Below, piece after piece: positions 50,816 to 62,800 of a stretch of 64,000 bases of DNA. How positions within the stretch are numbered: position 1 is the first letter of the stretch; each line of letters opens with the position of its first letter. The notes below the pieces were generated by a model. That model saw only the letters and a program-made list of their open reading frames with translations. It ran no database searches and was not told where the DNA came from. Source of the stretch: Sneathiellales bacterium (lineage in GTDB: Bacteria; Pseudomonadota; Alphaproteobacteria; JANQFL01); NCBI GenBank assembly GCA_028277845.1, contig JANQFL010000094.1, positions 26,791-90,790 of the forward strand. Reading direction: 5' to 3'. The position numbers were made by a program, and so were the translations under genes.

Positions 50816-53800
50816 ATGACTTCGAGACTGTTTGCGTTCGCGGCCAGTGCGTTTTCCGGCGAGTACGATTGGTGGCAATGGCGGGCCGGCGCGGGTGAGT
50901 TCCATTCGCCGTTCGGTTGGCGGCCGGGCGGTGTGTCAGCCACAGTCGGCACCTTCGAAGTCGCCGGCAGCATGGCGGCCCTGCCGACGGATCCCCGCTT
51001 CTCCGATCAGTGGCATCTTCAGAACACCGGCCAGAACGGCGGCACGGCGGGTGTCGACATCAACGTCGTACCGGTCTGGGACGATTATACCGGCCAGGGC
51101 GTCACCATCGGTATCGTCGATTCCGGTGTGCAGTACACCCATCCGGACCTCGCGCCCAACTACAACACATCGATCGACTACGATGCCTGGGGGCGGGATG
51201 ACGACCCGGCGCCCAACAGCAGCGAAGATCACGCGACGGCGACCACCGGCACCGCGGCCGCCGCGGCCAATAACGGCACCGGCGTGGTCGGTGTCGCCCA
51301 TGGTGCCGAGGTGGCCGGCTTCCGCATGGACTTCGACAGCGGCACCCAGGGGCAGATCGCCGACAACATGGCCCGGCAGGTGGACGTCGACATCTCCAAC
51401 AACAGTTGGGGTTACGGCGGCTACTTTTTCGACGATTTCGACTCCAGCACTTTCGCCGCGTCGGCGGCCGGCATCGAAAACGCCGTCTCCGCGGGGCGCG
51501 GCGGCTTGGGCACGGTGTTCGTCTTCGCCGCCGGCAACGACGGCGACAGCGGCCAGGACGTCAATTATCACAGCTTCCAGAACTCGCCGTATACCATCGC
51601 CGTCGGCGCCGTCGACAATACGGGCGCCCGGGCCGATTTCAGCACGCCCGGCGCGGCACTGCTGGTCTCGGCCCCCGGTGTGGATATCGTCACCACGGAC
51701 AAGACCGGCAGCGGCGGGTACGTCTCCGGCGATTACGTCACCATCGACGGCACGTCGTTCTCGTCGCCCATCGTCGCGGGCACCGTGGCGCTCATGCTCG
51801 AAGCCAACCCGAACCTGGGTTACCGCGACGTCCAGGAAATCCTCGGCTATTCGGCCAGGTCGGACAAGCTGACCGGCTCGTCGTGGCAGATCAACGGCGC
51901 CGAAAACTGGAACGGGGGCGGCCTGCATGTCAGTCACGATTTCGGCTTCGGCCTGGTCGACGCCCACGCGGCGGTCCGGCTGGCCGAAACGTGGACCCTG
52001 CAGCACACCTACAGCAACCTCGCCTCCCATTCGACGGTCGCGCAGGTCAATCAGGCGATCAACGACTTCCAGCCCGTCTATTCGACCATCACCGTCGCGG
52101 ACACCGGGGCGCTGCAAATCGATCACGTCAGGGTCGACCTGGACATCGATCACACCTGGGTCGGCGACCTCCACATCACGCTGACGTCCCCCGACGGCAC
52201 CGAGAGCGTCCTGATCAACCGGCCGGGCAAGACGTCGTACAATCGATACGGCACCAGCCGGGACGACATCAAATTCGAGGTGACCAGCACCCAGTATTGG
52301 GGCGAAAACGGCGTCGGCGACTGGACCCTGAGAGTGAACGATGCCGTGTCCGGCGATCAGGGCACATTCAACGATTGGACCCTGACGCTGGAAGGCGATC
52401 CGGTCACCGACGATGACCTCTATGTCATCACCGACGAGTTCGTCGCCGCCGGCAATTCCGGTTTCACCATCGACGACAGCGCCGGAACCGATACGGTCAA
52501 CGCCGCCGCCGTGACGACGGATACGGTCCTCAATCTCACGCCCGGGCTCATGAGCAGTATCGCCAACGGCAGCTTCTATCTCGACCCGGCGACACTGATC
52601 GAAAACGCTTACACCGGCGACGGCAACGACCAGCTCATCGGCAACACCGCCGACAACGTCTTGGACGGCGGCCGGGGCGACGACAATCTGTTCGGCGGCC
52701 TCGGTAATGACGAACTGATCGGCGGCGCCGGCGACGACGTCATGGAAGGTGGCGAGGGAGAGGACGTCGCCGTTTTCTCGGGCAACCTCGCCGATTACGA
52801 CATCGTCGTCGACAACGCCATTATCACCGTCACCGATCTGAACGCCGGCGATCGCGATGACGGCACCAATACCCTGACCGGCATCGAGGGCGCCCAGTTC
52901 GCCGATCAATACGTCTCGTTCAATTTCGAGCCGCCGGACAATGTCCCACCGGTCGCGGTCGACGACGCATTGGCGGCCACTGAAGACACGGCCCTGACAT
53001 TCGGCGCCACGGATCTGCTGGCCAACGACAGCGATGCCAATGGCGACGGCCTGTCGCTGACATATTTCACCCAGCCGGCCCATGGCGCGTTGGCGGACAA
53101 TGGCGACGGCACGCTGACCTACACCCCGGACGCCGATTATTTCGGCAGCGATAACTTCACGTACACCGTATCGGACGGCTACGTCACCGACACCGGCACC
53201 GTGGCCATCACCGTCGCCCCGGTCAATGACCAGCCGGTCGCCGCGGACGACAGTACTTATACCCATGAAAATACGCCGCTGGTGATCGATACCTCCAGCC
53301 TGCTTGGCAACGACACCGATGTGGACGGTGACACACTCTCCATTACTGCCTTGTCACAGCCGGGTAATGGAAGCGTGGTCGACAACGGCGACGGCACGCT
53401 CACATACACACCAAACGCGGAATACTTCGGCGACGACAGTTTTACCTATACCGTTTCCGACGGTCAGGGGGCATCGGACACGGCCACCGTCGACGTCAGA
53501 GTCATATTCGTCAACAACCCGCCGGTCGCGGTTGATGACACCGCGACGACCGATGAAGACCAAACCATCACTATTCCGATCGCGACCCTGCTTGGAAACG
53601 ACAGCGACGCCGATGGGCATGCGCTTGAGATATATAGCCTCAGCAATCCGAACAACGGAAGCGTATACAAGAACACCTCCGCCGGTACCGTCGTATATCG
53701 CCCCAACCCGGACTTTAACGGCACGGACACATTCACATACAAAGCGTTTGACGGCTACAACACTAGCAATACAGCCACCGTTACCATAACAGTCAACCCA

Positions 53801-56800
53801 GTCAATGACGCACCGACGGCGAACGCCGACAGTATCGTCACCGACGAAGACACGCCGGTGGCTTTCTCATCGGTCGCCTTGCTGGCCAACGATACCGATG
53901 CCGAAGGAGACAACCTGATCATCGTCGGTGTCAGCGATGGATCCGACGGCACGGTCAGCGACAATGGTGACGGCACGTACACCTACACGCCGAACGCAGA
54001 TTTCGCTGGCCTTGACACGCTGACCTACAGCGTTGAAGACGGTCGGGGCGGCGTCAGCAACGGCACGATCACCGTCACGGTGAACAGTATCAATGATAAG
54101 CCGGTTGCCGTTGACGACAACCTAGTCACCGACGAGGACACCGCCTTTGTCATCGCCGCTGCTGATTTGCTGGCAAACGACAGTGATCCCGACGGCGATA
54201 CCTTGACGCTGACCAGCATCTCGACGGCAACCAATGGCCACCTCCATGACTTTGGCGACGGGACGTATAATTACCGGCCGAGCCAGGATTTTTACGGCAC
54301 CGATCAACTGACCTATACGGTCAGCGATAGTCAAGGCAACTCCGATACCGCCACGGTCACCATCACGGTCAATTCAGTTAACGACAGGCCGTATACCCAA
54401 GACGATGCCTTCGTCACCCATCAAAACGATCCGGTAACATTCACCAACGCCCAACTGCTCGCCAATGATATCGACCGGGAGGGTGACACGCTTGAAGTAA
54501 CCTATGTGCATCTGGTTGCACACGGAGAATTGGTTGACAACGGGGACGGCACATACACCTACACACCGGCCTATGGCTTTTCGGGAGAAGACTGGGCTTG
54601 GTACGGCATCGTCGACAGCAATGGAGGCACGAATTTCGACTCAGGCCGTGTTTCCTTCGATGTCCAATTGGATCAGAACAATATCGAACCGGTTGCCGGC
54701 GACGACTTCTTCGTCACCAACAAGGACGCGGCACTGGTCATCAGTGCTGCCGACTTGCTTTCCAATGATACGGATGCGGACGTCAATGACGCACTCACCG
54801 TTTGGAGCCACATGCAACCGAACAACGGTAGCGTGGTCGATAACGAGGACGGCACGTTCACGTACACCCCGAATGCGGGATTTGTCGGCACGGACCAGTT
54901 CGAATACTGGCTGTTTGACGGCAACCATGTCCTGAACGGCAAAAGCATTGGACGCGTCTTCGTTACAATCAATCCGGACAACATCACGCCGGTAGCTGGT
55001 GATGACACCGTCACCACGGACGAAGACACACCCATTATCATCGCAACAGCCGACCTGCTGGCCAATGATGGTGACGGCGATGGCGATGCGCTGTCCATCA
55101 CTACGATCTCACAAGGACAGAACGGCTCGCTGACGGACAATGGCGACGGCACGTTTACCTATACGCCAAACGCCCATTTCCATGGCTCCGACAACCTGAC
55201 TTACAACGTCACCGATGGCAAGGGTGGCAACGACACGGCAACGGTCGACATTACCGTCAACTCGGTCAACGATATTCCTGTCGCCGTCGACGATACATAC
55301 GGATCCGAAGAAGATACACCGCGAACCCTGTATGCCGCTCAATTCACGCATAATGATGTGGACGATGATGGTGATCCGCTGACGATCACGTTCTTATCAC
55401 AGGGCGAGCACGGCACCATTATCGACAATGGAGACGGCACATACACCTACACGCCCGACGCCGACTATTACGGACCGGAGACGTTCACCTACATCGTATC
55501 CGACGGCAATGGCGGCAGTGATACCGGCACGATGACCTACACTGTGTATGCAGTCAACGACTACCCGGTCGCCGTGGATGACACTTTCTCCACGTACAAG
55601 AATACCTCTCTGGGCTTCACTGCCAATGATCTGTTGGCCAACGACTACGACATCGAAGGCGACCCGCTGTCGATTGAACACATCTGGACACCTCCCAATG
55701 GGTCGATAGTCGACCATGGCGACGGAACCTATACATACACCCCCAATAATGGTTTTGTCGGAAACGACACCTTCCGCGTTCGTGTATCGGAGATCAACGA
55801 CGACCATTTAACCAACGACTCGTTCATCACCGTCGTTGTCACACCGGAACCTCCCGCGGTATCGGCAGCGGACGATACCGTCAGAACCGAAGAAGATTCA
55901 TCGGTCATCATCGCCGCGGCCGACCTGCTGACCAACGACGTCGATCTCGAGGGCGACGATTTATCGATCACCGATCTTACATCAACCAGCAATGGCACGC
56001 TGATCGACAATGGCAATGGCACCTACACCTACACGCCAATTGCCGATTTCAACGGCAGCGACAGCTTTACCTATACTGCCTCGGACGGTAATGGCAACAG
56101 CGACACCGCCACCGTCCGTATCACGATCGACCCCGTCAACGACGTACCGGTCGCCGCCGACGACGCGGTCACGACGGACGAAGACACGCCGCTGATCATG
56201 GCCGCCGCCACACTGACCGGCAACGACAGCGATGCCGACGGCGACGCGCTGACGATTACCGCGGTATCGGACGGGGCCAACGGCAGCGTCGCGCTGAACG
56301 GTGACGGTTCGGTGACATACACCCCCGACGCCAACTTCAACGGCAGCGACAGCTTCTCGTACACGGTGTCCGACGGCAATGGCGGCGCCGACACGGCCAC
56401 GGTCTCGGTCACAATCAACCCGGTCAACGACGCCCCCATCGTGCCGGACGTGTACCTGACGGTGGATGAAGACCAGTTCAACTACGTTTCGGCCGCCGAC
56501 CTGCTGGCGAACGTCACCGATATCGAAGGCGACGTGGACCCCGGCGACTGGCAGCCGATCACCTGGTCCGAACCGGCGCACGGCACCATATGGACGTCCA
56601 CCACAAGCGGCAGCGGGAGCGGAAGCGGCTACGGTGGTCAGTTTGATTACGGAGGCGTAGGCGGTATCGGCAGCTGGGACGGGATCGGCAGCGGGCTCGG
56701 ATTCGGCGGAAGCATAGGCGGAAGTACCGATGTCTTTATCCCGTCGGAAATCGTAAGTCTCGGTTTCGGACCGCGTGAACAAGACCAGGCGGACGCGGGC

Positions 56801-59800
56801 CAGGGGGAATTGCGGGCCATGGACGCGTCCCCCTTGTACATCAACTATTCGCCGGACCCGGATTACAACGGCACGGATCAATACACCTTCACGGTGACCG
56901 ACGCCAATGGCGCCTCGGGCAGCGGCACCGTGTACATCACCATCAATCCGGTCAACGACGCGCCGGTGGCGGCGGACGACACCGTGACCACCCAGCAGGG
57001 CGCGGCCGTGATCGCCACGCCGCTGGCCAACGACGGCGATGTCGACGGCGACGCGCTGAACATCAGCGGCTTCACCCAGGCGGCCAACGGCACCGTCGCC
57101 GACAACGGGGACGGCACGCTCACCTATACGCCCTACGCCGACTTCTTCGGGCTCGACAGTTTCACCTACACGATTTCCGACGGTCAGGGCGGCAGCGATA
57201 CCGCCACCGTCGGTGTCACCGTCGACGAGTTGCCGCCCAACACGGTCAGCTACGCCGACGAGGGCGCCGGCCTCACCGCCACATTGACCAGCGATGCGTT
57301 CGTCATGTCGACGAACGGTGTCGGCAATACCCCCCTCACCGGCGAGTTCCGGGAAGATGACCTGGTCGTCTGGGACGGTTCGACCCATAACCGTTTTCTC
57401 AACGCAGACGACATCGGCCTCGACGCCAACATCGATGCCCTGTTCGTCCGATCCAATGGCAATATCGTTTTCTCCACGTCAAGCTCCGGCAATCTGAACG
57501 GCATCGGCAATTTCGGCGACGAAGACCTGATCGAATGGGACGGCACGGCGTTTTCCATGTGGTTCGACGCCGGCGCCAACGGCATCGACACCGGCGAGGA
57601 CATCGACGCCGTTCATGTGCTCGAAAACGGCAATCTGATCCTGTCGACCACCGGCGGCGCCAGCGTCGACCAGAACGGCGGCGGCACCCTCGGTCTCGAG
57701 GACGGCGATCTGTTCGAATTCAACCCCGGCACCACCACGGTCGACGGACTGGCGGCGAAGACCGCCCGCCTGGTCTTCTCGGAGGACGATTTCCTCGGCA
57801 ACGAGGATATCGATGCCACCTCGCAATTGGCCGACGGCACCACGGTCCTTTCGACCATGGGTTCCGCCACCCTGCCCGTCTCGCAATCCTTCGCCGATGA
57901 AGACCTGGTGCAATGGGACGGCACGGCGGCCGGCAAGCTGTTCGACGGCGGCGGCAATGACCTCGAGACCTACACCGAAGACATCGACGCCGTGCACATG
58001 CTGGTCAACACCGGCGCGGCGGCGGGCGCCGATTACGCCGGCATCAACAATCTGATCGGCACGGCCTTCGACGATACCCTCGTCGGCCACGACGCCGAGA
58101 ACCGGCTGGAAGGCGGCGGCGGCGACGACATTCTGATCGGCGGCGGCGGCAACGACATTCTCGTCGGCGGCGCGGGGGCCGATATTCTCATCGGTGGCCT
58201 GGGGGCCGACACGTTCGTCTTCACCGCCGCCGACCTCGGCACCGGTCTCGACAAGATCTACCGCTACGACCAGACCGGCGTTCCCGTCGAGCAAAGCGAC
58301 AACCTGGATTTGAGCGGCCTCTTCCTGGGCGGGCCCGTGCCCGACCGGGATACGATCGACCAGTTCCTCAGATTTCAGGACGACGGCGACTGGGTGATCA
58401 TGCAGGTCGATACCGACGGCAGCGGCGGCTCCGCCGGCTTCCAGGACCTCGCCCATTTCACCGTCCGGCCGTTTGCCATTAGCGACCTGCCGGGTCTGAT
58501 GGACAACGGCAAGATCATCGTCGGCACGCCCAACGAAAACCCGGTGGCGGGGAACGACACGGCGGCGACCGACGAAGATACCCCGCTGATCATCGCCGCC
58601 GCCGATCTGCTGGCCAACGACAGCGACGGAGACGGCGACAGCCTGTCGGTCACGGCCATCTCGAACGGCGCCCACGGGAACCTGAGCGACAACGGCAACG
58701 GCACGTTCACCTATACGCCCGATGCCAACTACAACGGGGCCGACAGCTTCACCTACACGGTATCCGATGGCCGTGGTGGTAGCGATACCGGCACGGTTGA
58801 TATTTCGGTTGTGTCGGTCAACGACGCACCATCGGCAGAGAACGACATCCACTACACAGACGAAAACGTCCCTATAATCATAAGTATCGCCGATCTGCTG
58901 TCCAACGACTCGGACATCGACGGCGGGACTCTGTCTGTCGTCAGTTTCACACAAGGCGTTATTGGCAGTGTCGTCGACAATGGCGACGGCACGATAACCT
59001 ATACGCCCGAACCGAACCGATGGGGCGCCGACCGCTTCACCTACACCGTTTCGGACAATCAGGGCGGCAGCGATACGGCAGAGGTCATTGTCGACATCAC
59101 CATGGTCAATTATCGGCCGACTGCGGTTGACGACAGTGTTTCAACCGACGAGGACACGGGGATTGTCATTACCTACGCCAGCCTGCTTGCCAACGATTAC
59201 GATGTCGATGGCGATTCGCTGGGATTCCGTTGGTATGACCAGCCGCAGAACGGACATATCGTTGATGACCATTACGGGACCCTGACATACACGCCCGACG
59301 CCAACTTCTTCGGCACCGATACATTCGTCTACTACGCCAACGATGGCAGGGTGTTCAGTAATCCGGCCATCGTGACGGTGACCGTCAACCCCATCGACGA
59401 CGCGCCAGTCGCCACCGATGACAGTGTTTCCACCCTCGAAGACAGGCCATTGATCATCGGTGCCAATGTTTTGGCAAACGACATCGACGTCGACGGCGAC
59501 GGGTTAACCATCACCGGCGTGTCACAAGGAAACCATGGAACCGTTTCCAACAACGGTGATGGCACGTACACCTACACCCCGGATGCCGACTATGCCGGTC
59601 CGGACACAGTTACATACACGGTGTCAGATGGTCAGGGTGGCAGCGATATAGCCACTGTCGACATCACGTTGGATTCGGTTAATGACGAACCGGTCGCTGC
59701 AGACGACAACTTCTCAACGGACGAAGACCTTCCCTTGCTTGTCACCGTTGTCGATTTGTTGGCCAACGACAGTGATACAGAAGGCGACGGACTTAGTATT

Positions 59801-62800
59801 GCCGCGGTAACACAAGGCGTAAACGGCAGCGTTATCGACAATGGCGACGGCACATTCACCTACACGCCGAATGCCGACTTCCATGGATCCGACAGCTTCT
59901 CTTACACCGTTTCCGATGGTAATGGCGGCAGCGATACAGCGACCGTCGCCATCACAGTCAATCCGGTCAACGACGCGCCAGTGGCTGCAGACGACGCCTT
60001 GTGGCTCGACGAAGATACGACGCTGACCATCACTACGGCTGATTTAATCGGCAACGACGGCGACGCCGAAGGTGACAGCCTGACCGTAACGTCGGTATCC
60101 CAAGGCACGCATGGCAGCGTCACCAACAATGGCGACGGCACCTTCACATATAGCCCCGGCATCAATTACAACGGCGCCGACAGCCTGACCTACACGGTCT
60201 CCGACAGCAATGGTGGCGAAGCTACTGCAAGCATCTCCATCACCGTAGACCCTGTCAACGACGCGCCTGTAGCGGCGGATAATTCCTTCTTCTCGCAAGA
60301 GGACGTCCCGACTTCATTGTCGCTCGGCCTACTGCTTGCGGGAGCAACCGACGTTGACGGAGATAACTTGATACTCGCCGGGTATACGCAACCGGTCTAC
60401 GGCACCCTCACCGAAAATAGTCATGGCCATTTCGTCTATCTGACGAACGCCAATTTCTACGGCACCGACAGTTTCACTTACACCGTTTCTGACGGCAACG
60501 GTGGCAGCGACACCGCCACAATGACCGTCAATGTTCTCCCGGTAAACGACTGGCCAATTCCGACTGACGATGACGTGGTGGCTGACGAGGACACGCCGCT
60601 GATTATTGCTACGGCCGATCTTCTCGCCAATGACACAGATATCGAGGGTGACAGCCTTTCATTCGGTAGCCTCATTGAAGGCTCGTACGGAACCGTCGTC
60701 AACAATGGCGATGGCACGATCACGTATACGCCGGATTCCAACTTCAATGGTTTCGATTCGTTCCGATACTTTGTCCGCGATCACAGCAGCACACAGATCG
60801 GCACTGTTAATGTCACTGTCAATCCAGTCAACGATGCACCGACGGCAGAAATCGATTCGTTCTTAACGCCGACGAATACGTCTGCAATCATCAGCGCGGC
60901 GCAACTTGTTTCCAACGACACCGATATTGACGGTGACAGCCTGTCGGTGACCGGATACACGCAAGGATCCAATGGCAACATCACCGACAACGGGGACGGA
61001 ACGTTCACATATACCCCGGACACGGATTTCGTCGGCTTCGACACTTTCGATTACACCGTTTCGGATGGCAGTGACAGCAGCACGGCAACGGTCACCGTAA
61101 CTGTCGGGCTTGGCAACTTTGCGCCTGTTGCAAACGACGATTCATTTACGACCGACGAGGATTCGCCGTTCATCTTTACGAAAGCGGACTTGCTCGCCAA
61201 CGACGTCGACCTCAACGGCGACTTCCTAAATCACGCCGGTTTCCGTTCGCCTCTGCCCCGCGACTTTGATTTGGAATGGATTGAAGGCCACACTTGGTCC
61301 TTCGTCCCGGATGCCGATTTCGCCGGCGTCGCACACTTTTATTATCAAATCTATGACTCGTCCGGAGAATGGAATGAAGGCCAGGTCACCGTCACCGTCA
61401 ACCCGGTCAACGACGCACCCGTCGCTGTCGACGACATTGTCAAAGCTCAAATTGACACGCCACTCGTCATCGACGGTACAGATCTTGTTGCCAATGACAG
61501 CGATATTGACGGTGACGACCTGACGGTCGCCGGTTTCACACAAGCAGCCAACGGAAGTGTTACGGACAATGGCAACGGCACATTAACCTACACCGCAAAT
61601 ACCGGATTTAGCGGCACTGATGTCTTTACCTATTCTACCTCCGACGGTAACGGCGGCAGTGATGTCGCCACAGTCAATGTCCTAGTAAGTGCGATCGACG
61701 CAGTCGATGATAACGTTACTACAAACGAAGATGCCCCACTGGTCATCGCCTTTGCCGATCTACTGGCCAATGACGACGGGAATGGCAATGACCTGACGCT
61801 GACCGATTTCTCTCAAACTTCCAACGGCACCCTCACTGACAATGGCGACGAAACCTTCACCTACACGCCGGACGCCGATTACTACGGGTCCGACAACTTC
61901 ACCTACACCGTCTTTGACGGCAGCGATATCAGTTTCGCCACCGTCGCTGTCACCGTCGACCCAGTTAATGACGCGCCGGTTGCGGTGGACGCCCTTCTCA
62001 CCGCGATTGAAGATTCGACACGCACGATTCAGCCGTTCAGATTCTTACACAACGACACCGATCCCGATGGCGACAGCCTAACAATAGTCGACGTTACCCA
62101 AGCACAGCACGGCAGTGTCACCCTCAATGCTGACGGCACGGTCACATACATTTCGGATGCCGACTACAGCGGCCCCGACACCTTCACCTATACGATTTCG
62201 GATGGTGAGCTGACCTCCACTGCCAACGCTTTTGTTGACGTGCAGGCCCGCAATGATCGGCCGGTGGCAGCCGACGACAGTGTCACAACCAACGAAAACG
62301 CACCGGTTACCTTCAGTGCAGCAAGCCTGCTGGCCAACGATACCGATGTCGACGGCGACGCCTTAAGCATCATTGGGTTCAGTCAAGCCACGGGCGGATC
62401 GGTCAGCAATAATGGCGACGGCACGCTGACCTATACGCCGAACTCCGGCTTTACCGGGACTGACAGCTTCACTTACACCGTCTCCGACGGCAATGGCGGG
62501 TCGGATACGGCGACGGTTCATGTGACCGTCGGGCCGGCCGGCGGGCGGATCGATGACGAGACGTTCTCCTATGTCGATGCCAGTACCGGCGTCACCGCCA
62601 ATCTGGGCAGCGAGGCGTTTGTCTTCTCGACCTACCGCGGCGGTTCGGTCGACGGTGTCGGCGGCTTCGCCGACGAGGACCTGTTGCTGTGGGACGGTTC
62701 CGAATACAGCAAATTGCTGGACGGCGGATCGGTGGGGCTGAGTGCGTCGGATGAAAACATCGATGCCCTGTTCGTCCGCGCCAACGGCAATATCGTGTTC

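Noticed and set aside
52940..62535. CRISPR array or diversity-generating retroelement explanation for the repeats
   Set aside because: The repeats are in-frame ~290-bp protein domains; no cas or reverse transcriptase gene and no adenine-specific template/variable repeat pair was seen in the window.
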